Source of the DNA: Geosiphon pyriformis uo1 | Taxonomy: Eukaryota; Fungi; Glomeromycota | NCBI GenBank assembly: GCA_016748015.1 | Contig: JAAOMT010000281.1 | Coordinates: 1-50,318 of the forward strand | Reading direction: 5' to 3' | Length of the DNA: 50,318 bases | Shown: one piece after another, positions 34,571-47,932 of the stretch | Layout: each line of letters starts with the position of its first letter | Numbering within the stretch: position 1 is the first letter of the stretch | Translations under genes and position numbers: made by a program | Notes under the pieces: model-generated | Told to the model about the DNA's origin: nothing | The model's input: only the letters and a program-made list of their open reading frames with translations | The model's database searches: none

Positions 34571-37500
34571 GTATTCAAATGCTGTGTAAAGCCAAAAAAA
34601 GTCTTTTCTAAAAAAAAATATCATAAATAAATTCATTTGTTCTTACATCTAATTATACAAAATAGCAAATGAGATTCCTATGCTGGAAAACAATTATAAA
34701 AGTAATTATAGCATATATAAATAGACTTCAAATTTAAACAACTGGGATAAGCATTTTCCGATATAAACAATCAATAACATGTTTTTAATAAGTCAATGGA
34801 GATTTATGTTTAAAAATGCTTTTTTTGAAAATCTAAAATACCTAGTTTGCCCTCTTTAAAAAAAAATTCTGGTTTCAAATTAGGCTAGGGGGTTAGATAA
34901 GAAGTTAAAATTATTATAGAAAAAGTTTATAAACCGTGTTATCAATAACTTTTTCATAAAAATGGTTAGATTTCTGAATTAAATCTTTCCTTTCTATTTT
35001 TCCTTGTCATCCTTTAAGTGTTCAATATTTGATATTTAAAACAATGGAAACACAAAATTCCCGATAGTAACGATAAAAGTTTATCAAAATAAAATTATTT
35101 CAAATAAATAAATAAATAATTTTTTTGATTACTTTTGAATATTTTATTCTTTTATTCAAAAGTGTTTCTCTGAATGTATTGAAATTTTAAAATTTTTTAT
35201 GCTTTATGTTTTTCCAATTTTTGCTAAAGTTGTTTTGTATTTGGGAATAAAAACAAAATAATTTGTAATATTATCTATGTATATATTATCTATTTTTTTT
35301 TGTGTTAGATTCTTTTGCAACAATCAACACATTTTTCACTTTATTTCTGGTTTTATGCCGAATCATATATATTTTTTAAAATTGAACGTAAAAATTTTTT
35401 AATTCAACTTTTTTTGTCTTGAAACTTAAATAATACCTGGATAGAAAAAAAATTATAAATGGAAATGATAAAATTTTATTTCAAATACAAGAAAATTATA
35501 TTTATTCATTGAATTTTTTGTAGATTGAGGGTAAAATTAGGTTTAAAAAAATCAATATTGAGTTTAAAAAACTCGTTTTTATCAAAAAAAATTCTTGTTT
35601 CATCTTTTATTGCACCATTTTTTCAATGCCAGTTTATGAGTTAAAGTTTCCAATTCATGAAATTGCTTTTTTTATCATATTCCTAAAGCAGAAAAACTTG
35701 AAAGAAAACTTTGAGACAAAAAGAAATTTCTAGAAATTAATTGTAAGTTATTATTTATTATTAAAATTGTTTAGACAAATTTAGATTAAGATCTCACTAA
35801 AAATATCAGATTACGAGATATTAATATAAAATTTTCTAAATCTCACAGAAACGGATAAGTCTTTACAAACTGTCGAGATAGGCTATTAAAAGAATGTTGT
35901 CAGCTGATCGGACCATTTTCTTAACAAGGTGTTAAAGGCAAACAACGCCATACAACTGGTCAGAAATGAAAGCTTAAATTCATCTAGAATTCTGGCTGTT
36001 TCTAATCTGGAACACTGGAAGTTTGTGAATGCGTCACATAAAGCTTTTGGGTAATTTATATTAAAAATTTTGTAATGGTAACAGTAATCACTAAATATGG
36101 AATGTTGCACAAAAAATCGGCTGGTCAATGATAGTTGGTTGGCTGGTTGGTTGGTCACGTCAAGGGAGCCAAAGAAAAACTGTAAAAGTTGCTCGGTATA
36201 TCAAGGAAGAGAAATAGCAGGAAAATAAGAATCTCACTGTTATTGTTGACAAAAATAACTTCAGTCAACCACAAGGGATGATTCTATGTGACGCATGGCT
36301 GCTGTTAAACATAAACCAAGTGTAACAAATAAGATTAACATTCATTAAGTTTGGAAATGAGGACTTTTCAAGTAGAACAGAGATTCTTGCCCACATGGAT
36401 AATGATTAAAAAACATCCAAGGCTCGTGCAAGCTTTGGATTTGGTTTGTAATCCTCTTCTGAAAGTTTATCAAGTATATATAAGAAATTTTCAGTGTAAC
36501 TCGAATTATTTTACATCATGTTGTAACCCAATAAAATGATCGAAAATTTAAATCTTAGAAAAGAGCAAGCATCTTGTGTATAAATTATTAAAATATCTAA
36601 ACATACCGTCCAATGCGATGACGATAAAGAAACTTGTGAAAATTTAAATATGAAATAGATTGTACCACGCCGCTAATGTAGGGTTTTCCTAGTAATCTTA
36701 AAATTTGTTTGTTTAGAATATTTTCGTCACGAATAAACAGATCCGATTCCTGGAAGGTAAAAATCAACAAATTTTATAGTATTTGTGAGGTGAATTATTT
36801 TGATAAACATACAGCCAGAGCAGAATAAAAAGCATTCATGGCTGTATTGTAATTGAAATTATGCGTTAATTCAGTCATGTTAAGTGTGATGCCTGACTTC
36901 AAAAGAGAAGTTTTGATATTGAACTTTGCTGGCAGTTCATAATAAATGAAAAGGTAAGTAAGTAGATTTCTCAGCAATTTAGTTGATAGGATAACCACCA
37001 GATTTAGAATATTTTATATTAATAATAAATCTCCGTGGGGAAATCAAGCTTTTATTATGTTTATGAAAGAGTAAAAGGGAGAAAGGATAGAAGCCTGATG
37101 AAACTTAAAAATATCTAATAACTCTGGTGTCATCATTGATATATTTAATTTTCGATTAAGAAATCACGTAGTTTGAAAAGCTAGTGATAAGAGTTTCTCA
37201 AATTTAAGCTGAAAAAGTATATTTCAAATGTCAACAATATTCAATTCGCATAAAATTTTAAGAAACCATTAGTATTTAGAAATCAAATTTTATATTTTAG
37301 AATTTTTTTACTTGCAACAAAACTCATTTAAAATGATTAAATTCTTCAGAACTAATTAGTTAATTTTTATTTTTGTTAAAAAAAAAAAATTTTGAATTAT
37401 TTTATTTTGAAATTTAAATTTTTTTTTCAAATTAAATATTTATAAAAGTTTATTTTTATAATAATAATAAAATTTGTAGTTGTAATTGTAAAATATCGTT

Positions 37501-39667
37501 AAATAATTGAATTAATGTTAGAGGAATGATATCATAGGCGAAGTGTGTTTTGATGATAAATAACCTTGTCGAAAATAATCATTATTTAAAACAATTGATT
37601 TGATTAAGCATAAAATTTTTTAAAATCTGAATTATTCAAAATTGGTATACTTTGAATATAAGAAATTTAGAGCATCGATAATGTTCATCTGTCACAACAA
37701 TTACCAAAATTCAGAACGTTTTGCATAAATCACGGCCCAGATTATATTACGCATACTGATACCACTTTACAGGTTCTTCATCTGATTTTCCCACTCCTCC
37801 CTAAAATTGATACATTATACCTAGACGGTATTGCACCTCGACAAGACCTTGTTCGGCAGCAGTTCGACACCACTTTACTTTCATTATTAAATGTGTACGC
37901 TGAATGAGTTATCAGTTTCTTTCAAAAAATTTTGATCATTCAGTTACTTTTAAAGACGAAAAAGCTTGAGAAATACTGGAATCAAGGTTCGATCTTTACA
38001 ATTAGGCCAAGTTATTTATTTGGGAAATTTCATTTATTCAATTATATTGAAGCGAAAATGGTTTCAATATTCAAAAGAAATTATGTTTAGCATTGATGTT
38101 TTCTAACCAGCTACTTTTGTAAAGCTAAACATGTAAATCATTAAACCGATGAGAAGGCAATCCCTTAAAGGTTTCTGGGCAAATTTCGCTTGCAACTTGG
38201 GAAATTTAATCGCCAGATTGGCATTTGCTACATGATTTTGAAATGGAGAATGACCGCTGGAAATTTCCAAAAGCAAAGACACCTGATGAATAAATATCGG
38301 AAGCTGTCGTGTACCTATAAGTTCCTTCTATTAAGAGAATTGGGTCAATATATGTTATCACCCCGAGAATATTTTTGGTCTATGATAATTCATGGTCGTT
38401 CAATTTTGAAAGTTCAGATCGCTTTTCATTTTTGATCAGTATATTTTTAGGGTACTTAAATCATAAAAATAGGCTTCCATTATATATTTGATTAAAATGA
38501 TTTCAATTTTTTTTACTTTTAAAGAAAAAAATAAAAACTCACTAGGTCTCTCTGTGAAATGTATTTCTTTCATGTAAATATGTTAAGACGTCAACTATAT
38601 TTTTAGCCAGGTCAATTTTTTATTAGTTCCAAGCAAATCAAATTGATCTTTCAAGTGTTTTTCAAAGTGTCCTTCCATTAGCATATTACCTTACAAGAAT
38701 ATTATCTTCATTAGTGGCTATAAGAAATCAAAAGTTTAATATAATTTTAATTTAAATAGCGTGTAAAAAGAATACTCGTTTCAAACCTCGGAATAGGTCA
38801 AAAAATTGCGTGACATATGAATTTTCTTTATCACCCAATTTGCACTTTTAAAATTTATTTTAAAAATTTAGGTTAGCTTCGTCAGTTCATAAAGATTAAA
38901 AAGATTTTTTATACGTATTACCTGAGGTTTAAAAATACTTAATTCTTGCTGTATGAAAAAGTCGTTGTGATACCATTTGATGTCTAAATATTACGTGAAA
39001 CTTCACTATTGCTTCCATTTGTAGTAATAGTAGCCGAGGCCAAATTAATTGATATTTATGAATATATCTAATTCTAAATTCCACTATTGTTGTTGATTCA
39101 TTTAAAAAATCCTCTAAACTGCTTTTCTAAATTATTTTTTTGGATTGGCCACATATGAATAGTAAAAAAAATGTTCTGGGTCAACAAATTGTTCATTTTT
39201 GATGATTCACTGCATATATTGTTTTTACCAATCAGACTACAGTGAAACTTGTAAGACGTTAGACGAATTATCTGGTTCAAAAATAATAATCAAAAAAAAT
39301 ATATTTTTAGATGTATTAAAGATTTTCGAATCATTGACAATTTTTTTCACACAAGGATAAGTGAGATCATTTATACAAATTATTGATATAAAAATTTTGC
39401 TATCAGTATGATGACAAATAAATTTGTAAATTAAAGCTGAACTGAAAAATATTGTTAAAAATGTTTTCAATATTAAAATATCTAATTGAAGTATGCTATT
39501 ATGAGACCCACACTCCATGGCCTATATTGTAAAGAATCTAATACTTGATTGATATCCGGATATCAAGTTGAAATCTATTACTAACTGTATTTCCCAAACT
39601 AAAACTATACATGTAATTAAAAAAAATCCTCCCCACCACCACCTCTCAATTTTTTAAAATCTTATTG

Positions 39668-40218
39668 CTAGTTTTGCTCATCTTCAAGTTCACGATTTTC
39701 TTGGGCCAAAGCGCAACAAGGTACAATACCATGATAAATTGCATCTTCAACTAGACTTCCTCTAATATTTTTCTGTGTACGAATCTCACCACGATTAAGG
39801 GTACCGAGTACGCAAGAAAGACCAAAACAACAGTACATTAGACCACAGTAAATTGCTGTATGTTTTACTTTTGATTCGGGATCGTTGGTAATTTTGGCCC
39901 TATTTTCACCGTAGACAAGACATGGAAGACACCAACTTTTGACGGCTATTTAATTTTTAGGAATAGTTATAGAAAATAAAAATAATAATTCAATCAATGA
40001 TTTGAACATTTATTTAAATAATATTACGTAAAAGATTTCAATTTAAAAATAAAATACGTACCCAATTCAGGAAGAGCGAAACAATCAAAAATAGGATTTT
40101 TCCATTCACGTGGTTCTCCTTCAAATGCTACATGTTCTTTATGACCTCCGGGAGCATTCATTTGAGAGCCCATTTGTGGAGCAGGGGCATATTCTTGGTG
40201 TTGTTGTTGTTGTTGCAT

Positions 40219-40270
<52 letters not shown>

Positions 40271-40275
40271 GACAT
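39668..40275 (-). CDS. PLAC8-family Cys-rich protein with N-terminal polyQ, 2 exons, 163 aa
   Basis: Exons 40275-40062 and 39945-39668 (492 nt). Motifs WKNPIFDCF, WCLPCLVYGEN, RGEIR...IRGS...D and PCCALAQENRE. Confidence 0.92.
40201..40269 (-). repeat. Coding (CAA)17-ATG-(CAA)5 microsatellite (polyQ)
   Basis: Pure ttg repeats on the + strand. Confidence 0.95.
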
Positions 40276-41267
40276 TTTTCTGTAAATTTAGATTTTGAGA
40301 ATGAAAAAAGATGCGTTTTATATTTATAATTGAAATTTATTTTTCAATATTTTTTTTTATTCGTTTCTAAAAACCTAGAGAAAAAGTTCTCCCAACCCAT
40401 TTGCTTCTTTCCTTTTATATAAAAAAAACCTTGAAGAATTTGTGCTTTAACAAAGTCCTTTTTCATCAATGCAGGGAGAAACTTTACCAAGATTTCTTTT
40501 ACAAAAAAAACTGTGTTACGGTAACTCAATCTAAATACAATTTAAATTATGTGTTCAACAATTTGCACACCAATACATTGTCGAAGGAGTTATCTATCCA
40601 TAAAATTATATTGAATGCCTTAACTTTTGAGCGCAGTGAGAAAAACGGAAAATCAAAATTTTAAATCATATATTTGATGCATACTACAATTAACACCTGT
40701 GCAGACTTTGCATATGCTCTAGAGGGGTGCAGAATTGGGTAATAGTGAAAATCATGAACCATTTTTTGAAAATTAATTAAGAACTCCGAGTGTGAAAAAA
40801 TTTTAAATTATTATTAGAAAACCATCGCCCTCATTAACAATAAAAAATTTTAAAGTTAACCGCCTTTGCTTTAAATCGCGTTTCAATGAATGAAAAAATC
40901 AAATTTTTTGAGAAGGTTTTTTTTTTAATCAAATTTCTAGCGTAACTCTCAACTATCATAACCCGTTGACAACAAGTCGAACTTCATATTTCCAATCACA
41001 AAAATTTGTGAAATAATTGTCGGAAATATTTTTCAAATTCGTGTATCGTTTCAAATTATATGAGCTGAATACAAATTAAGAGTTCGGTGAAAATGTTTTT
41101 TTCAACATCATTTGTTCTTTGAAAATTTTTTCTTTGTAGTAATATTTCACAAATTAAAGTATTGACATTTTATGTTAACCGGAGTAAAGGTGACCTTGAT
41201 ACAAATTGTTTTAACTTGCATCCTTCCAAAAATATTTGTCAAGAAAGTCTATCATCCCTTATTTAGT

Positions 41268-41270
<3 letters not shown>

Positions 41271-41302
<32 letters not shown>

Positions 41303-41324
41303 GCCTGTCTGCCTGTCTGTCTGT
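41271..41324. repeat. (GTCT)n microsatellite with two GCCT variants
   Basis: Direct reading of the sequence. Confidence 0.9.
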
Positions 41325-42100
41325 CGTAACTTGAATAAAGTTTGTAACAAGAAAAACCTGTTCCGAACCAATATAAATATTTCTTTAGTCGTTGTTATTA
41401 TCTGGAGCTTATCTCTATTCGTTTCGCATATTAAAAATATTCAAAGTTAAGCAGCAATAATAATATTTAGCATGTGCTCTATTAAAAAATCAAAATTACT
41501 TCAAATGCTCTTTAAGTGTGATAGTTTTGGTAAGGGAAATTTTAATTTTTCAAGTATTGTTTAAAAGAAAAAACAATCAATACTATTTTGCATTTCTAAT
41601 AGATTTTTCTTTGAAATTCTTCCGAATTGAAACGTACTTTAATATTCTCAGTTTCAGGTGAAAAAAAATATTGAACCAATATATTAAAGTTATTTACAAA
41701 GCTTTTTTTGCTCTTCATACCTATAAAAAAAAAAAAAATAGTACTATTTTTCTAAAAGGAATAACTTTTAAATCAATTTCAAAAGATAAGAAATCATTCT
41801 TTTATTCATTCAATAATTGATTGAGTCACATTTGAATTATGCATTTTCATGCAAGTTATTGTATAAAATGAATTCTAGTATAGAAATCCTAGAATTCTCT
41901 TGGAAAAAATAATTTTATTGAAAACAAGATTTTTCAGGTATTTTCAAAATGATGAATTGTAATAAACAAAAAAAAAGTTTTTCAAAAAGTTTTAAATCTT
42001 TTATAGCATTTATCATCGTTTTTGAAGATCAAAATATTTCAAAACCTGAAATTTTTGAGTAACAGGTTTAGACATCAAGCATATGATATTTTAAATCAAG

Positions 42101-42104
<4 letters not shown>

Positions 42105-42140
<36 letters not shown>
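42105..42140. repeat. (ATT)12 microsatellite
   Basis: Direct reading of the sequence. Confidence 0.9.
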
Positions 42141-42953
42141 GCTAAACTTCTCATGCTTAAATTAAAATTATAGATGCATCCTAAATTCTATTTTAAAATT
42201 TTATGATAAAACAACAGGTGCTTGAGAAGTAATTATTTATATAACATGAGTTTTAAGGAAAAAAAAAAGGTATAATATTTGTTGGTTTTCAATAAAAAAT
42301 CCCATTAAATTGTAATTGAAAAGTGGCAACGAAATATAAAAAGAAATTTTCCCATGATCAAAAAAACTTAAAAATACATATTTTTGGGGAAAATGGGATT
42401 ACAACTCTAATAAAATAACACCTCAAGTGAGAGCCTTTTGATTTAACCGATTCTTTGATTCTCATCCCTATAAATTGTCATCTGATCAAACATGGAATTC
42501 TTTTTTACCCTATCATAATATATCCTGATTTGTTAGATATGATCATTGATAAAAACTTTTTCATAAAAAATATATATATAAATTCTGTACTTGATCATAG
42601 ACACTTTACAAGTTGTGCTTCCACAAAGAAAAGTAGTTATCACATAAACCCTTCTTCATCTACATTCATTTTCCCCAGAAATGGTAATAATTATGATAAT
42701 CATATATTATTATCATACTGATCTCTAGACTAACTCAAATATCCTCGAGTTAAAACATTCGAATCTCGTTTTACTTGAAACAAAATAGTGAAAAAGTAAA
42801 TAATCGAATTAAAAGAACAAATGGTCAAAGTACTTTTTTTGGAAACTACAGATCAAATGATCATGATAAAAGATAATTTGAAATTCGATGTGTTTTTTAT
42901 TTCTATAATAAAATTTTAAATCGATTTCCAAACCATTTTGAAGATATTAAAAA

Positions 42954-44684
42954 ATGTCAACAGAACTCGATCCTTCACAAAGAATCATACGACCATTAAC
43001 TCCTTTAGAAAGATTTTACACAATTCGTCAATCCTTAGACTATTATCACAATATTCTTTCTATGGTCACATACAATCATCCTTTGCTCGCATCGATCCCT
43101 TCCTCAGCCTTAATTGAGACACTAACTCCAATATTAACGGAAACGATCACCCATCTAATTAACAGCCTTCCTTCACTTTCAATCGCAATCACTGATATTA
43201 AATCAGATGAACCGAAATTCGTACATGTTCCAGAAATTAATTTAAATCAGATTATAAGATTCGTATGGTGTCAAGAAAAACAAGATGTTGAGCAAGTTTT
43301 TGAAGATGAACATGATTTGGTTTTTGACCAAGAGGATACCAGAAAGGTATTGTGGCGATGTGTTGTTTTATTATGGAGGTCGAATGGTGAGATGGAAAAT
43401 TTTTCAAATTCGGCCAGCGAAATTCAAACTTCAACCACCGATCAATCGAGCCAAATTGGAATTCTTTTTTGTTACCATCATTCAATAGGCGATGGTCAAT
43501 CCTCATTCGTGTTTCATTCGGAATTATCTTCTCTTCTAAACACCAATTTCTCTAATTTCTCAATTAAATTACAATCAAAATCTCAATCACCTCAAAAAAC
43601 TCTTTCAAAAATTAATACTAATTTCCAACAAATAGCACCACCATTAGAGCACTTTATCAATCTCCGTCCACCGTTCCTCAAATTAATCCGCCTTATTACA
43701 CCTTTATTTCTTATTCCAGAACCTATTAAGAATGTGTTTCTACCTGATTATTGGGGTGGGGATATTCATGCGATGGATGTCAAAAAAGGATTAAAGACCA
43801 AAGTTATAATTATTAAAGTTGAGGAAGAAGTTTTGAATGAGATTTATGAAAAAGCAAAACAGAATGAAACGACGGTGCATGCAGTAATGAATACCGCTAT
43901 GGTTTTCGGAATATATAAACATCTCTTACCCAAGAAAGTGGAAGATAATTCGAAATCTAATGTATCAAACAAAAAAAAAATGATTCGAACATCATCACCC
44001 ATCTCGTTTCGAAAACAATCCTCACCACCAATTCCAGTCACAAATATGGGTAACTACATTAGCGAAGTCGTCGTCGATATACCATTCACCAAAATCCAAA
44101 CAAAAGGCAAAAAGGCAGATAATCTTTTTTGGAATATGGCACGTGATTGGAAAAAACAGTGCCTTCAACAGGTTGAAGGGACCAAATATAAGATTTGGTT
44201 TTTGAAATTACTTGGAAAAAAATTTGGAAAGTGGGAAAAATGGGTAAAAGAGAGAAAGCATGAGAAAAGAGGAATGGGACGAGATGCTAGTGGTCAGATT
44301 TCAAATTTGGGAAGGTGGATTCCGAGATCTGACGAAGAAAGTAAGAAGGATATCGATAAAAATAGTCAAATGAGAGAGGATAATTGGAAGATTATGGATA
44401 TAATTTTTTCGCAATCAGCTAATGTAGGTTTCTTTTTTCTATTTCATATTTTTTTTATCTGAACTGTTATAATTCTTGCTCAAATCACAATAAGTTTCCT
44501 TACAAATCTTTCAAAGGTTATCGGAGGTGCGATTCAAATTAATGCGGCTACATATAAAGATACCTTATCTTTGGCTTTAACTTATCAAGAAGGCGCCATA
44601 GATTCGAGTAAAGTGGAATTGTTTTCTAATGCATTCTTGGATGCTTTGAGAGAAATCGCGCAGAAAGGGAATATTAATATTTGA
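42954..44684 (+). CDS. Alcohol O-acetyltransferase (AATase, Atf/Sli1-like) CoA-dependent acyltransferase, 2 exons, 545 aa
   Basis: Exon 1 is 42954-44423, the intron (gtaggt...aag) is 44424-44516, exon 2 is 44517-44684. N-terminal RPLTPLERF, catalytic HHSIGDG (HxxxD), and ISNLG and FSQSA motifs. Confidence 0.88.
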
Positions 44685-47000
44685 TGAATAGTGTTTAGCT
44701 ACTTGTTTAATGGATAGTACCTTTTCAAAATAAAGATTACATTAATTAAACTACTTTAAACAAATACGAACATATTTCAATTACCATTATATACTGGTGC
44801 AAACCTAAAATAAAAACAAAACCAGTTGGCATTTCAAGTTTTGTTTTAAAAAAGTAACCAAGGCATGATTTAAAAACTGGAATAGTCAGGTATTAACTGT
44901 ATGTGGCTTATTCAAGAGGATATCCTTTTTACTCTTTCGGAATTCTTTTTTTTTTTTTTTTCAATAGCTTCATATAAACATCAATGATCGGAATAAAATA
45001 TCCTTTTTAAACAATGCTATTCTCGCATGATTGGATTTTAAAGATGAGGACAGGTATTTGTTATTGGTTTCAAAGAGAGGTATAAAAGCCTAGATTCACT
45101 ATTTGAGATAAATTCAGCAAAAATTGATGTTGAATGGGAATGCGATAAATAGAATTGATAAAAGTCACTTGAACCAAAACAAATTATTATTTTTAAAATG
45201 TGTTTATTCATCTCAATCATGAATGAACCTTTTAAAAAAGGTAAATGGCGGTACTAAACCTGATTTGATACTTGATGATTTTTGAAAATCATTGAAGATA
45301 CATAAAATTTACAGAGTTTTATGTATGAATGTATGTATGTATGTATATATGTATAGGACATTTATTTTTTTTCTGAGCATGGATTATTTTAAACTGAAAA
45401 AACTAGTTTTTGTCGACCATAATGAAATACTAGTAAAATTGGGATTTTTTGATGTTTACTTTGAACCTGGGGGGTATATATCAATAATTAATTAATTGAT
45501 TTGATTGATTAATTTAAAACAAAGAATTTTGATCATCATATGGAATTCATTTACGTTCATTCTCTTTTGACCTTTGTTATGTGTGTTAATTTAAAGAAAG
45601 AATATTAAGAGTTTTTTCATATTTTCAAATTTTGTTTTTTTATAGTGAAATAGTGAAATAAATTAAAAAGATTTCCAATTAAAGGTGTCAGGAGTTTTCA
45701 AATGTAACTTTAAAAATACATGAAACGAAACTAAACTCAACACTGAAAAAAATCTTGAAAATTTTTAAAACATCTTTTTATTAACTTCAAATATTTCTGA
45801 AAAAAAAAATTTAGATTATACATAATCAATGAAATATATATTTATAATATTTTATCATAGTTTTTTATTTTTTTTTTTTCAAAAAATATATTTGATAATA
45901 AGAAAAATACTTTTATTCGATCGTTTCGAGAAATTCGTCACTATTACGAAAATTTCCAAATTCATTATCATACATAAATGTATTAGCTCTTATCGTGTCT
46001 GTGTGTGTGTGTGTATGTGTTTTTTTTTGTTAAACGGAATAAAGAAAATCATTTAGACTTTATTGGAATTTCCATCTAACCTTAAACGATTTTTATCCAA
46101 ATCATCATTAAAGCGATACAGCTTGAAATTTTATCACACCTAAGTGAGAGTATATTACATGAAATATTTCAGCATCATCTTTTTTTCATATTAAAGTGAT
46201 TTTACATATCCAAAATATTTTTTATCTCAAAATTATAGGAGTAAAATTTTAAAGATGATTGATTGATTCAAATGAAAATTTAAAGATAAAAATTAATGGT
46301 AAAGATTATTGAATCCAATTTTCAAAAAAAATAATGATTAATATTTAGGGAAAAACTTTATTTTTTTGTCGCAATTTGATTCTTGTTTTATATCTATTTA
46401 GGTGTAAATTTAAAAAAAAACTTTATGATTTTAAAATAAAAATTTAAGGTGGGATTAATTCTTTCTTTTCAAATTTTTGAAAATAGTTTGCAAGGCATGT
46501 TATTGGTGTCAACCCTAAAGTTTTCAATCATCATCCTAAAACTCTTATCATTCACCGTTTTTCAATACACAGCATCTCTGAGTGATACACGAGTGAATCG
46601 AAGACATCTCTTTTAAAAGGTTTATTTTGTACTGTCTTCAAGTAAACCAAGTTTGCTTCACGCTTCGAATAAAGACCAAGGATCTAATTATTGAGGAATT
46701 CCAATGAGCTATACTAATAAGCCCATTTTTTCTTTATTTAAACAAATTGCTTTACACTTTAATTATCATCAAATCAATCCACAATCAAAGATAATTGTAT
46801 TTTATCTATATCAATCCTAATTACTACAAAAATATTATTATTAAATTTTTAATTAATTATTCATATTTTTGAGTGAGAAAATTATAAAATTACTGATATT
46901 TGAAAATCATTTTATAAAGTATTCAGATAAATCTTTGTAATATTTATCTATCTTATTTCTATTTGTGTCATTACATACATGACTGAATCGTGTCGCAATA

Positions 47001-47353
47001 TTATGCCTCATCACCAAATTCACGATTTTCTTGAATTAAGGCGCAGCAATGACAGCAGCAATGAATACACGCGTCCCCCATCAATCCTCCCTATGAAATA
47101 ATGGATTAGAATAAATTAAAATGAAAGAGTCCTTTTTAAAAACCATCAAAATTTTTCAAATTCTTACTTCAATCATCCTCTTCTGACGAATATTACTACG
47201 TGTCATCGTTCCAAGACAACAACTCAATCCCACTGCTAATACCACCCAGTAAATTATACAGTGTGTAGTTGTGTCGGTGGTACCCTCTAATTTTGCTTTT
47301 GTGTCGCCCTGTTTAAAGATGAAAAAGGGACGAAAAATATTTAAATTTTGAAA

Positions 47354-47384
<31 letters not shown>

Positions 47385-47932
47385 TCACGAAAAAGATTTC
47401 TTCACTCACATAAGTAATACATGGACAGCAGCATGATTTGAAACCTGAAAAAGGATTTTTTAATATCAATAAAATAAATTTCAATTCATTAGACCTTCCC
47501 TGAAAAATCGTTTCAACTCGAGCTCGAACTCAAAACCTAGATTTTTAACTTACAAAGCCCAGGAACTGAAAAACAATCCAATAAACCGTGTTTCCAATCG
47601 TTAGCTCCATTATCATGACCTCTTTGTCCTTGTGAAGATGGTTGTGATATTCCAGCATTTTGATTGGTGACAGGTGGTTGCATTTGAGGTTGAACTGAAT
47701 ACCCCATTGGTGGTTGTCCTTGGGTTTGCGCATGTCCTTGATATTGTGGATAACCTGGAGGCGGATAAAGACCTTCACCAGTATTACTTTCTTGATATGC
47801 GTCATGACCAATGTGTGGATTTTGTGGAGGTTGTCCATAAGTTGGTGGGGCTGATTGATGTGGAACTAATGGTGGTGACTCATATGGAACTAATGGTGGT
47901 GAGGCGTATTTTTCTCCCATTTCATTTGACAT
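47001..47932 (-). CDS. PLAC8-family Cys-rich protein with long P/Q/Y/G-rich N-terminus, 4 exons, 214 aa
   Basis: Exons 47932-47554, 47444-47410, 47308-47168, 47090-47001 (645 nt). Motifs WKHGLLDCF, CFKSCCCPCITYG, RSNIRQ and CCCHCCALIQENRE. Confidence 0.92.

Noticed and set aside
29345-44684. P450 + lipase + acyltransferase as a secondary-metabolite gene cluster
   Set aside because: The P450 is a truncated pseudogene, the lipase lacks its nucleophile, there is no backbone synthase, and the genes are widely spaced.
40110-46056. Short ORFs such as 40110-40298, 41172-41450, 43252-43506, 43844-44041, 45292-45495 and 45829-46056
   Set aside because: They are antisense shadows of real genes, microsatellite translations or low-complexity AT-rich frames.
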